Origin: Verrucomicrobiota bacterium
Lineage (GTDB): Bacteria; Verrucomicrobiota; Verrucomicrobiia; Opitutales; Opitutaceae
Assembly (NCBI GenBank): GCA_023426435.1
Contig: JAFAAS010000018.1
Location: forward strand, 3,490 to 67,489
Reading direction: 5' to 3'
DNA: 64,000 nt
Shown here in pieces: positions 26,601 to 33,711 of the stretch; the first letter of the stretch is position 1; each line of letters starts with the position of its first letter. The notes under the pieces were generated by a model. It made no database searches, was not told the DNA's origin, and was given only the letters and a program-made list of their open reading frames with translations. The translations under genes were made by a program, and so were the position numbers.

Positions 26601-29410
26601 CAGACGCTGTCGATCGTCGCGCCCCCGGCCGCCGCACGGTAGTTGGCCGGACCCGCCCCCCAGAAGAAGTAACTCGGCGCAAGCCCTTCGGACGACGCGT
26701 AGTAGCCGCTGATGAAGTCGAGCCCATGAACGTCGTCGGTGTTGTTCTGCTTCACCTGATAACACCAGAGCGGGCGCACGCGCGTCATCATCTGGTCGGG
26801 AAACACCGCGCGGAACAAGCGGCTCATTTGCGACGCCCGATACGCGGAGTAACGCAGGCGCAGGTTGCCGCCATTGCTGCTGACCTGTCCCGTGGAGGCG
26901 ATGAATCCGTCGTAATTGAGCGGGTGATTCAGATCCGCGGTGACGAGCGCGATGCCGCGATTCGCGACGTAGGTGCTCTGCGGGAACGCGCCGCCCGTAT
27001 TCCAATTTTCATTACTGTATTCGACATAGAGTTTAAGCTCGGGATTGAGCGGCGCCCACACTGGATCCGCCTGCGGCTCCGTGTAGGGGTTCACGCCGTC
27101 GCTGCCGTAGCGGAACATCTGAGCGACCTTCGTGATGTAGTCGTCATCCGCCATCGCGGGGAGGCAGATGTAGGCGTCGGTCATCGTCGCATTCGCGATG
27201 GCGATGACGTATTCCCACGCGACGCCCGTCTCGCGCATGTTGGAGCCGGCAACGCTGTAGGAGATCCGGCGATTCTGGAACTTGTCCGGCAGCCGGCGAT
27301 CGCTCCACGCGATCTCCGGATTCGCGTTGATGTTGCTCGGATCCATGTAGCGGATGATGTCGAGCCGCGCGAGCTGGTCGCGCATGACGCGATCGACCAC
27401 TTCGCCGGGCGCGTGCGATTCCGTCGCGCCGGGAGCGATGGGGCGCATCAGCTTCACGTTGCGCACGCCGCCATTTGTATTCGTGAGGCTCATACGGAGT
27501 TCCGTGGTCGGGGCGATGAGCGAGAGGGTGACGACGGACGAATCGGTGTTCGCATCGTAAACATTGCTCTGCACGACCATCGCCGGACTCGTGAACGCAA
27601 CCGTCGCCTGCCCTTCAAAAGTCAGCGTGTAGGTGCCGAGACGCGGGTTGGGTTGATTGTGCCAGAGCCAGATCCGCGCATCGGCGGTCGGCCATCCGTC
27701 GGCGTCGACGGGAACCGGATCCTCGGTGCTCAACTGCGCCCAGATGCGAATGCCCGCGGTGTTTTGAAGCGCGTCGGCGAGAATCGGGGGCAGCCAGTCG
27801 CGCACCCAGTGGAGATTCGTCGCGGCAATGCGCGGCAGTCCGGTTTCGGGCGTCGGCGCGGGGAGCGGAACGACATTGACCGTCGCTTCGTCCGTGAAAC
27901 CGCCGTCGTCCGAGGTCACGCGGATCGTCGCGCTGCCGGTGGCTACGCCCGTGACACGACCGTCCTCGGTCACGGTTGCCACGCTCGGGTTCAAGCTCGT
28001 CCAGGTCACGTTCTTGTTGGCGGCGGCCTCGGGTTCCACCGTGACCGCGAACGGAACGGTTTGCCCGACGATCACATCGCGCGAGTCCGGCAAAATCGTC
28101 ACACTCGTGACCAGCGCCGGAACTACCTCAATGGCGGCTTGCGCGGTGAAATTCCCCTCCTCCGTCGTCACCGTGATCGTGGCGGAACCGACGGCGAGGG
28201 CGGTGACCAGGCCGTTGGCGTCGACCGTCGCAACCTCTTCGTCGGAACTCGACCACGTGACGTTCTTGTTGATTGAACTGCCGGGCTGGACCTCGGCGGT
28301 GAGTTGTCCGGTGTAGGAAACCTCGAGCGGAAGTTCGGTCGGCGACACGGTGACGCCCGTGACGGTTGGGAGTGTGACCGTGACGTCGGACGCGGCGGTG
28401 AAACCACCGTCCTCCGTCGTAACGGTGATCGCAGCCGTTCCAACGGCGACGGCGGTGACGGTGCCGGACGCGTCGACGGTGGCGACGTTTTCATCGGAAC
28501 TGCTCCACGTGACGTTCTTGTTCCGGGCGCTCTCCGGCACGATCTGCGCTTCGAGGATCCGCGAGTTTCCGGGCAACAGGAAGAACTCGGTCGGGGTCAC
28601 GCTTACATCGGACACGGCCGAGGACGCCCACCCCATGCGCGAGATGTCGTGCACGATCGCACTGTTCGAAGTCGCGACAAAATAGACCCCGATTGCGTCG
28701 ACCGTCGCCGCCGTGGGCGCAACCGGCGACGAGAACGTCACGGCGAAATTATTGCCGCCATTCGCCGTGAAATCCCACGGCTGCCATGTCGTGTTCGCCG
28801 TGGAGGAAAGAGGCCAATTGCCGTTGGTCGCGGAAAAACTCTCGACCGACACGTAATATTGTCCGGCCGCCCGCACGACCTTGTGGAACTGCCCGCCGCC
28901 GCCGAGCGTGACGCGGGTATCGAGGGTCAACAGCAGATCTTCGAACGCCGTATCGGTTGCGGTGGGCCACACGATGACGCCGTGGGCGCTTTTGGCGGCG
29001 GCGACATTGGCGTTGAAGCGAACGACGTCGGGATTGTCGTTTCCGCGCAACGCGATCGACGCGAGGAATTGATTCGGGGCCGTTTCGACATCGAAGCCCA
29101 TCGAGAAGCCGCCGAGACTCGCGGGGGCCGCACCTCCGAAGGCGAGCGTATCGAAATATCGTAACACGCGCGTGTCGTTCGCGCCGGCCGTGCCGAGTCC
29201 CAGATCGAGGCCGGTCGTCGCGGTGCCGCTGAGATTGGGATTCGACGTGCCGGTGTAGGCGTTGAGCGTGCCGTCGAACACGTAGGTTTGTGCGACGGCT
29301 TGGGCAGCGATGAACACGAGGGCCAGCACGGCGCCGGCGGAGCGGAAGAACGTGGCGCGCCGGCGGAGAGGCGCACACGAGCGATGATGATCGAAGGATG
29401 CGGTTTTCAT
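19838..29410 (-). CDS. Giant secreted multidomain carbohydrate-active/adhesin-like protein (3190 aa)
   Basis: The ATG at 29410 (MKTASFDHH...AVLALVFIAAQAVAQ) gives a signal peptide. The order from N to C is:
- novel domain A;
- 3 Big_2 domains;
- GH-A-like module 1;
- poly-Ser;
- domain A copy 2;
- discoidin;
- poly-Ser;
- discoidin;
- FN3;
- GH-A-like module 2;
- Ig (I-set-like);
- CBM9-like;
- He_PIG-like;
- 4 MBG-like domains;
- NGN-repeat tail. Confidence 0.85.
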   Translation of the reverse strand: MKTASFDHHRSCAPLRRRATFFRSAGAVLALVFIAAQAVAQTYVFDGTLNAYTGTSNPNLSGTATTGLDLGLGTAGANDTRVLRYFDTLAFGGAAPASLGGFSMGFDVETAPNQFLASIALRGNDNPDVVRFNANVAAAKSAHGVIVWPTATDTAFEDLLLTLDTRVTLGGGGQFHKVVRAAGQYYVSVESFSATNGNWPLSSTANTTWQPWDFTANGGNNFAVTFSSPVAPTAATVDAIGVYFVATSNSAIVHDISRMGWASSAVSDVSVTPTEFFLLPGNSRILEAQIVPESARNKNVTWSSSDENVATVDASGTVTAVAVGTAAITVTTEDGGFTAASDVTVTLPTVTGVTVSPTELPLEVSYTGQLTAEVQPGSSINKNVTWSSSDEEVATVDANGLVTALAVGSATITVTTEEGNFTAQAAIEVVPALVTSVTILPDSRDVIVGQTVPFAVTVEPEAAANKNVTWTSLNPSVATVTEDGRVTGVATGSATIRVTSDDGGFTDEATVNVVPLPAPTPETGLPRIAATNLHWVRDWLPPILADALQNTAGIRIWAQLSTEDPVPVDADGWPTADARIWLWHNQPNPRLGTYTLTFEGQATVAFTSPAMVVQSNVYDANTDSSVVTLSLIAPTTELRMSLTNTNGGVRNVKLMRPIAPGATESHAPGEVVDRVMRDQLARLDIIRYMDPSNINANPEIAWSDRRLPDKFQNRRISYSVAGSNMRETGVAWEYVIAIANATMTDAYICLPAMADDDYITKVAQMFRYGSDGVNPYTEPQADPVWAPLNPELKLYVEYSNENWNTGGAFPQSTYVANRGIALVTADLNHPLNYDGFIASTGQVSSNGGNLRLRYSAYRASQMSRLFRAVFPDQMMTRVRPLWCYQVKQNNTDDVHGLDFISGYYASSEGLAPSYFFWGAGPANYRAAAGGATIDSVWTTGQMDRETFKTRMTNNARMIASYGIPFVTYEGGPAFGDPQGSTAAHPLAEPAFYDPRLYTEMIESYEIFEETGGVFQTTYVWHQDFRFGHIDPSTHSDQTPRAMALYNASLSNNARPLDIGQTLPFTFTGTNYWSVSPFNGTNVLTAVGRRVSYLMRSVAGDDYTATINYSTSGAASFAILVDGELVEIINTPGAVSNASTSAYAFSLPANFLSGVTVQKIAGTGDVTVNAVEISDGTSSSSSSSSSSSSSSSSSSSSSSSSSSSSSSSSSSSSSSSSSSSSSSSSSSSGGPVTVTHVFDGTLNAYTTSNVQVNGTVSSDLDLGLGNAGANDTRELLAFSTSDLAFGATAPAAFGGFVMDVDVSPAPGSTVLALVLRNDTPEAIRFQSAVAGAKRSHAVALWPVSDAGMFDTVQLELSTRVVAGTGGAFHKVVRAGGKYYVSVESFATADSDWPLAPTTATTWQEWDFTANGGNNFAVEFTAPIAPTSEIVDAVGVYFVANTTGSIQMDLSRMGYVPGIVTPPEPESYRYLRFEATALAGNGQLQIGEIEWLVDGTRYPTTPLTSNNSAGVVVTSNYAFPGNAWRVFDHNNASNQTFFFISSGTTPLPVHITADLGETAISPNGVRISRASWSDNLTGLRISGSNDGANWTTLVEDDDALPDFALVDGVDQATYEFTPPPGGSSSSSSSSSSSSSSSSSSSSSSSSSSSSSSSSSSSSSSSSSSSSSSSGGLPVAQPYQYLRLWIDGSAVTSGTNAGRVFLREMRLLSGENQLPLTVPTSNTGNADYTISSSTANINAQDRPAFVFDRNVNSHWYINTADANNVANVNPQEMTVRFNNGPVYITGVRLEIPSYILASAFRLEGSNDGTAWTPLIQRTGLNSSDYPEVVVAGPPSVLAGTFEFASVPGNLDTDPPTVPSNVAVSSTSDLTANVSWTPSTDAGSGVSIYTIYVNDEFWTTSTSTDITLHGFSPESTYTVTITATDGLGNVSAASTPVQLTTGAGEPAVKSMQLGTGLWSDTAGMWREGVNFAAEWANYENSNPFSDAFLDDIRPFKVLRFMDWVATNNNWTVDWSERKQPDDQNQTVNPNFQEENIRAAHGVAVEWMIRLCNILDADMWFTIPHAVNDAYATQLGALIKQHLEPERKIYIEYSNEVWNADFAQAIYASDQGLALGLHQNVAETYSQNDTSLARARFYVKRTLELQAAFDAGFGADANNQIVYVLAGQAGASQSPKLHRDALADPVTNPTGRTIDVYSIAPYFGGSLNGGAPDILDQMINDIDTTVMNRVQTHYNVWSPLGIPLIAYEGGQHIVNFADAASRNPVMYSAYKHYLDAIAPYFEVFVHYNYPQGWSPLRAFGSKPSVGYPDLLSYKHRALTDWIELNPDSATGSVPIIVTQPQGASVGSGANVTLQILAIGSPPITYQWYRNGEPIVGETAATLTLSDLDLSLNGSTYHVVASNGAGSVQSETATLSVSEISIQHATGEIVVDGVGADEAWSAATAHALGNVSLGTVSGPADLSATYRATWDASGLYVFVDVTDDVLVADTTGSNPNEWMFDSVDLYIDATNAKQTFYSTGVGQYVYRWNGALEAASGNPSLAGITVASETTASGYTAEFHFPWSTLGVTPAAGDVIGFEVMINDNDTPGSTTRDGKIAWFGTADQAWSNPLLFGSVRLAGSPNSAPTISTTTLDNGTVGVAYEQTLSASGGNGALVWSIASGSLPDGLSLSTEGVIAGVPTAAGTSNVVVRVADSDSVEDPSDEATQSLTLVIDAGQASVTLGNLSQTYSGAPRAVSVATAPTGLDVDVTYDGSSTPPTNVGTYAVVATIADPNYTGSATGTLTITPAVAVVSLGNLSHTYDGSPKAASATTTPAGLAVVLTYDGSSTAPSEVGSYTVNAVVTDPNHVGSATGTLTIAEATATITFHGLRQAYDGTPKSVSVTTVPAGLPVTITYGGGSEAPTLPGTYEVEATIDSPSYSGAAIETLRITVTALVRRAPTLNGGLDGSVQVLNAESTTLNGNAWVSGDLLVRGTPTVRLNGRPVYGGTIDASGEASPSNHTITLNGNAALRHVVRRVDAIAMPSVSAPPAPTGTTNVSLNKASDNVGNWSKVRNLTLNGNAGTRTVPAGTYGTITINGNSSIILGVAGATEPAVYNLQGLVVNGNASVQVVGPVMLTLAQGVSFSGNVGANDHPEWLTLRVANGGVTLNGNVNLHGQVEAPSGTVTINGNSTLNGQVISDRLVINGQGALVQPDSE
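20640..21290 (-). other. Four tandem MBG-like (YxG..P ... TYdG...P..vGtY.V.a.i.dpNY.GsatgtLtI) domains (approximate bounds)
   Basis: Four repeats of ...LSQTYSGAPRAVSVATAPTGLDVDVTYDGSSTPPTNVGTYAVVATIADPNYTGSATGTLTITPA-type sequence. Confidence 0.65.
21565..22180 (-). other. CBM9-like carbohydrate-binding domain of the giant protein (approximate bounds)
   Basis: Contains GEIVVDGVGADEAWSAA..., ATWDASGLYVFVDVTDD, DSVDLYIDA and GYTAEFHFPWSTLG...GDVIGFEVMINDND. Confidence 0.6.
22440..23590 (-). other. GH-A-like catalytic module 2 of the giant protein (approximate bounds)
   Basis: Contains VLRFMDWVATNN, VEWMIRLCNILDADMWFTIPH, KIYIEYSNEVWN and IPLIAYEGGQH. This is the same motif order as module 1 but much more divergent. 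Confidence 0.65.
23610..23875 (-). other. Fibronectin type III domain of the giant protein (approximate bounds)
   Basis: PPTVPSNVAVSSTSDLTANVSWTPSTDAGSGVSIYTIYVNDEFW...YTVTITATDGLGNVSAAS is a classic FN3 pattern. Confidence 0.75.
24410..24550 (-). repeat. Poly-serine linker 2 (47 consecutive Ser codons)
   Basis: Counted from the DNA. It is flanked by PPPGG and GGLPVAQ and uses mixed Ser codons. Confidence 0.9.
25730..25882 (-). repeat. Poly-serine linker 1 (51 consecutive Ser codons)
   Basis: Counted from the DNA. It is flanked by DGT and GGPVTV and uses a mixture of TCN and AGY codons. Confidence 0.9.
25883..27845 (-). other. GH-A-like catalytic module 1 plus beta-sandwich of the giant protein (approximate bounds)
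   Basis: Contains LYVEYSNENWN and VTYEGGPAFGD. Long stretches are shared with the 15334-17856 product (TRVRPLWCYQ, YFFWGAGPA.YR, MIESYEIFEE.GG.FQT.YVWHQD.RFG). Confidence 0.7.
27870..28615 (-). other. Three tandem Big_2 (bacterial Ig-like group 2) domains within the giant protein (approximate bounds)
   Basis: Three repeats of the form V.P....L..G.....A.V.P..A.NKNVTW(S/T)S.......VD..G.VTA.A.G.A.ITVTT. Confidence 0.8.
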
Positions 29411-29799
29411 TTTAATGGGGGCTTCGCCGTGGGTTCGGAACGTCGCGCGCGCCCGGCCAAGGCGGCGTGAAGCACAGGCAGCGGCGGCGCTCACGGGGAG
29501 CGTTCGATGGGCGGAAAAAGAAGAAACGGGGCAGCAGCCGCACGGGCTGCAGGCGGGCCAAAACGGGGGCGAATCAGGGCGCTCCGCGTCAGGGGCATTC
29601 TAGACCGGTCAAATAGGAGGGCGATTTAGAGAAGGCGCGCTGGAGGAACAACGGGGCGGGGGGCGCAGCGACGAAGATGTCGCGAGGGGCGGAAAAGCGG
29701 GACGCTAACAATCGGAGTCCAAAAACCTGGAAGTAACAGTATCCTAACTTTGGAGACGAACGCGGGGTGCGGGTTGAACATGGGAACGGGAGAGCGGCA

Positions 29800-29820
29800 G
29801 CCCGGCCAAGCCAGCCGGGC
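29800..29820 (-). terminator. Hairpin (7-bp GC stem, 7-nt loop) about 20 nt after the TonB-receptor stop
   Basis: The sequence is GCCCGGC-CAAGCCA-GCCGGGC. There is no clear T tract. It separates the receptor from the 430-bp leader of the giant gene. Confidence 0.4.
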
Positions 29821-29841
29821 CGCCGCCATCTGCCCCACAAA

Positions 29842-32800
29842 CTAGAACGTGAACGAACTGGTGATCGCCCAGCTGCGACCTTCCTGGATGCGCATGGCAC
29901 CGGGCGTGCCGTCGGGTTGCGCGTTGAGCGGGATGAGTTTGTTCTTCCCGAACGCGTTGTAGACATTCAGCTGGATGCGCCAGTTGATCTTATCGGTGAG
30001 CCGGCGGCTGTAGCTGATCCACAGGTCCGCGCGCGTTTCCGAGTCGGTGTTGAACGGAGCACCGAGATTGGGAACTTCCATCCCGTTGCTGTCGACCATC
30101 GGCGCGTAGTCGTAAGTCGCACCGTCTTCGTAGCGGACGGCGCCGCCGAGACCGATGCCGCGGAGAGCGCCTTCCTGGAACGAGTAGTTCGTCACCAGGT
30201 TCGCACGCCATTCGCGGATCTCGGGTTGCTTCTGGCCGTTGAGATGGCGGATCAGGCTGTATTGCCCCCAGAACGGAGCCCACACGCGACCGAAGACACC
30301 TTGCGGATTATTCGGCTGGCTGAAGATCGGCATATCGCCGGCCGGCGTGTTGCGGAAACGGTCGTCGATGAACTCGAGGAAGTTCACGAGCGACTCGCCC
30401 GGCACGCGGTCACGGATCGCTTCAGTCTTCGACGCGTTGATGGCGACGCGCCAGTTCGGCAGCGGATTCGCGGTGAACTCGATCTCGAGACCCTTGGAGA
30501 CCGAGTCCTCCGTGAACACGTGCGTGCCCGGACGACGGAGACGCACGGGATTGCTCGGCCCGTCGGGTCCGAACAGCGAGCCCTGCCAAACCGTCGCCGG
30601 CCCGAACTTCGGGAACGTCGCGTTCAAGTCGGCGAGGAAATCCCCGTAAGCGGGCATCACGACATTCATGAGCGCGTCAGGCCCACCTTTCGCGTCGGGG
30701 AAGCCCGTCGGCTGAATTTCGCCACGAAGCAGACGTCCGTAGGTTTCGGCCGAGGACCACATCGCTTGTTCGAACTGGAACCAGTTCGACAAGCTCCGCG
30801 TGAGCGTCGCGTCGCTGACCGATGTTTTGTATTTCGTCAGGCGAAGCGAGTAGCGGTTGTCCTTCGTCGCGAGGAGCACGCCGTAGTCGGTCGTCTTGCC
30901 CGCGGGCGGAGGAAGAAGATCGCCGAAGAAATCGGTGCGGCCGGCGGAAGGCTGGAAGGATTCACCCTTGTTGTAGAACAATGTGACCTTCAGCGGCAGG
31001 CGGTCTTCGCCGAGCATCTTGTGGAGGTGGGAAACCACGCTCCAGTTGCGCGATTCGACCGTTTGCGTCTGCGGCGTGACCGCATCGAAGTTGAACACCG
31101 AGGGATCGACATTCGCGTGGCTGTCGGCGCGATTCGGCGCGGTGAAGATCACCGCTTCGGATTTGTCCTCGCGCCAGCCGTAGGTGGCGACGATCGAATC
31201 TTTCCAGAAATGCCCCTGCCACACGGCGACGAGCGACTCGACGTTGAAGCGGTTCAACGTCGCGGAGAGCGTCGAGTAGTCGAGGCTCGCCTGCGTGCCG
31301 TCGAGCGGATCGATGAGGTTGAAGGTGCCGGTGGTCCAACCGCGGTAGTTCGCCGGGTTCTGTGACTGCGTGGTGTATTGCGTCTGGTTGAAGCCAATGC
31401 CCGGCGCCCACGGATCGCCCGGATTCACCGAGGCGGGGGCAGTCCAGGTCGTATCGAAATAACGGATAGACTGACTGCCGGCGGGCGGAACGACGTAAGC
31501 ATCGACGTTGCTCAGGTGCAGGCCATTCGCGAGCGAGGCGCCGCGCAGATCGCCGCTGATGTAGTAGCGGGGATTGATGCGCGCCGGAACGCCGCTGATC
31601 GCCGCCGCGCTGCCGATGAGCGAGGTGAACGCGGCGTCGGGCTGGCGCAATTGGAACGTGCGCAGCTCGGAGTCGCGATTGTCCTCCATCGCAACACCGG
31701 TCAGGCGATGCTTGCCGAGGATGCGGGCGAAGAGGTTGTCGTTGTTGCGAGCGAAGTTGTGCTCGCCGAAGAGCTGGGCGCGGAAGGCTTCGCGCTCGGT
31801 GCGGATCAGACGATTGCCACCGAGTGCCTCTTCCTCGACGTAGGCGCGGCCGACGTTCGGGTTCGGCGTGTTGTCGGGATTGACCTCGTTGATGTCGATC
31901 TTGATGCGGTTCCACCACGAGAGAATGCCGGTCTGCCCGCTCGTGCTTTCTTCGCGATGATACGTCACGTCGTAGCCGAGGCGGTTGTCGAGGAACGTCT
32001 GCGAAAGGCTGACATCCCAGGTGTCCCAGTCGGTGAACTCACGCTTGTTGGGGCCATCGAGGAGCTTGTTGTAGAAGTCGAAGATCCGCGGGTCGGTGAT
32101 GGCCTTCGCATCGTAAGCGCCGATGCTGTAGAACGGAAGTTGTTCGCCTTGGGCGTAAGCCGCGGAGTTCTCGATCCAGAACGGCGAGAATGAGCGTCCC
32201 CAGATCGTCGTGTTGGTCGCGCCGACAAGGTTTCCGTTCGGCAGACGATCGACACCGACAACCTGGCCGGACGAGGTCAGCGCGCCCTGCGCGAGAACGT
32301 TGGGATAGATCCAGTGCGGAGCCTGACCGGCCCCGTTGAAAACATAGCGCGGCCCCAACTCGAAAATCGGAGCGAGCCACGGATTGTAGTTCGGATCGGT
32401 CGTCGCGTTGTTGAAGAGGTAGGGATTCACCGTCTGCCCGCCCTGCCCTCCCTCCGAACGCGGCACGAAGAACGGCGTGATCTGATCGATCGGCGCAACG
32501 AACCGCGGCCGATTGCTGTCGATTTTGCCGTGCTCGAAATTCGCCGAGATCTGGAGCGTGTTGGCGCGATTGTTCAGGAAACCGGGACGGTAAGTCACGG
32601 CGCCATACACGCGCTCGTCATCCTCAAACGCCGGATCCTGACGAAACTTCTGATGATCGCCGAGCAGCGCGATGCGGACCGCGAGCTCCTGCGGGATGAG
32701 CACGTGGTTGTAATTCAACGACGCGCGCTTGCTGCCAAATTGATCGTAACGAAGTTCGACCGCGCCCGACGTGCGATTCACGTTGGCCTGGTCGGTCGTG

Positions 32801-33402
32801 GCATTCACCACGCCCGCCGGACTGCCCAAACCGAAGAGGATGGCGTTCGGTCCGCGTTGAAGATCGACGCGACTGACATTGTAGCCGTCCCACGGCACGT
32901 CGGTGAGGAAGTAGTTGCGGGTGTTGTCGGCGGCAGTGAGACCGCGCACGCGGGTGTTGGCATTCGGGTTGCCGAAACCGTTCTGCTCCTCCGTGCGTTC
33001 CGAGCCGATGCTCGCGCCGGAGAAATTGCCGCGGGGGCCGCCCACTTCCGTTCCGACCACATACGCGAGCAGCGTCTCGTTATCGGTCGCACCGATGTCC
33101 TGAAGAAACTCCTTCGTGACAACCGAGATCGCGGAACCGACGTCAGCGAGATCGGTGCGGATGCGCGTGCCAGCGAGCGTGTCGGCAGCTTGATATCCAC
33201 GGTCGCGTTCGGACGAGACCGTGAACGGCGACAACACGATCACTTCATCTTCTAGAGCCTCGGCCGTTGGCGCGGGCGCCGCGGATTGCGCGTGGAGCGA
33301 GCCGATGCCGACAGCGGCAGCCAACAAGGCGGACAACGGAGTTCGCCTGGTCGCGAAAAGCCGGGCGTGTGTGGCCCGGTCGGGATTTCTGATTTGATGC
33401 AT
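29842..33402 (-). CDS. TonB-dependent outer-membrane receptor (1186 aa)
   Basis: The ATG at 33402 gives a signal peptide (...LLAAAVGIGSLHAQS). The plug begins VIVLSPFTVSSERDRGYQAADTLAGTRIRTDL. A long beta-barrel follows, and the C-terminus ...WAITSSFTF ends in an aromatic residue. Confidence 0.85.
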   Translation of the reverse strand: MHQIRNPDRATHARLFATRRTPLSALLAAAVGIGSLHAQSAAPAPTAEALEDEVIVLSPFTVSSERDRGYQAADTLAGTRIRTDLADVGSAISVVTKEFLQDIGATDNETLLAYVVGTEVGGPRGNFSGASIGSERTEEQNGFGNPNANTRVRGLTAADNTRNYFLTDVPWDGYNVSRVDLQRGPNAILFGLGSPAGVVNATTDQANVNRTSGAVELRYDQFGSKRASLNYNHVLIPQELAVRIALLGDHQKFRQDPAFEDDERVYGAVTYRPGFLNNRANTLQISANFEHGKIDSNRPRFVAPIDQITPFFVPRSEGGQGGQTVNPYLFNNATTDPNYNPWLAPIFELGPRYVFNGAGQAPHWIYPNVLAQGALTSSGQVVGVDRLPNGNLVGATNTTIWGRSFSPFWIENSAAYAQGEQLPFYSIGAYDAKAITDPRIFDFYNKLLDGPNKREFTDWDTWDVSLSQTFLDNRLGYDVTYHREESTSGQTGILSWWNRIKIDINEVNPDNTPNPNVGRAYVEEEALGGNRLIRTEREAFRAQLFGEHNFARNNDNLFARILGKHRLTGVAMEDNRDSELRTFQLRQPDAAFTSLIGSAAAISGVPARINPRYYISGDLRGASLANGLHLSNVDAYVVPPAGSQSIRYFDTTWTAPASVNPGDPWAPGIGFNQTQYTTQSQNPANYRGWTTGTFNLIDPLDGTQASLDYSTLSATLNRFNVESLVAVWQGHFWKDSIVATYGWREDKSEAVIFTAPNRADSHANVDPSVFNFDAVTPQTQTVESRNWSVVSHLHKMLGEDRLPLKVTLFYNKGESFQPSAGRTDFFGDLLPPPAGKTTDYGVLLATKDNRYSLRLTKYKTSVSDATLTRSLSNWFQFEQAMWSSAETYGRLLRGEIQPTGFPDAKGGPDALMNVVMPAYGDFLADLNATFPKFGPATVWQGSLFGPDGPSNPVRLRRPGTHVFTEDSVSKGLEIEFTANPLPNWRVAINASKTEAIRDRVPGESLVNFLEFIDDRFRNTPAGDMPIFSQPNNPQGVFGRVWAPFWGQYSLIRHLNGQKQPEIREWRANLVTNYSFQEGALRGIGLGGAVRYEDGATYDYAPMVDSNGMEVPNLGAPFNTDSETRADLWISYSRRLTDKINWRIQLNVYNAFGKNKLIPLNAQPDGTPGAMRIQEGRSWAITSSFTF

Positions 33403-33711
33403 GGGGTTATGTCTGGGTTGTGATGAGCACTCGCGCTGTAGCGGACGCGCAGTGCAAAACGGGTTGGGACTAAGCGGCGGGCATCTGCGGAAAGGCGGTC
33501 TTTCAAAAGGGGCCGCGGGCGGCGCCACCGCGGGAGGCGTCGTGCGGCAGGGGAATGGGCGGAGTCTCGCTCAACTTTCGTCCGCCTCAACCGCCTCACA
33601 ATTCTTCCGGTTGAACAAATCGCGCGCGACCGACGCGTTTCGACCGTTGTCACATGTTTTCGGATACGACCGGCCCGCGGGCGAATGGGCTGCTCCGGTC
33701 CGCGGAGGACG

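Noticed and set aside
29415-29966. Small ORFs (62, 70 and 125 aa) in the leader of the giant gene and the tail of the TonB receptor
   Set aside because: They have no motifs and Arg/Gly-rich composition, and they overlap a terminator-like hairpin. The region is better explained as a promoter and 5' leader.
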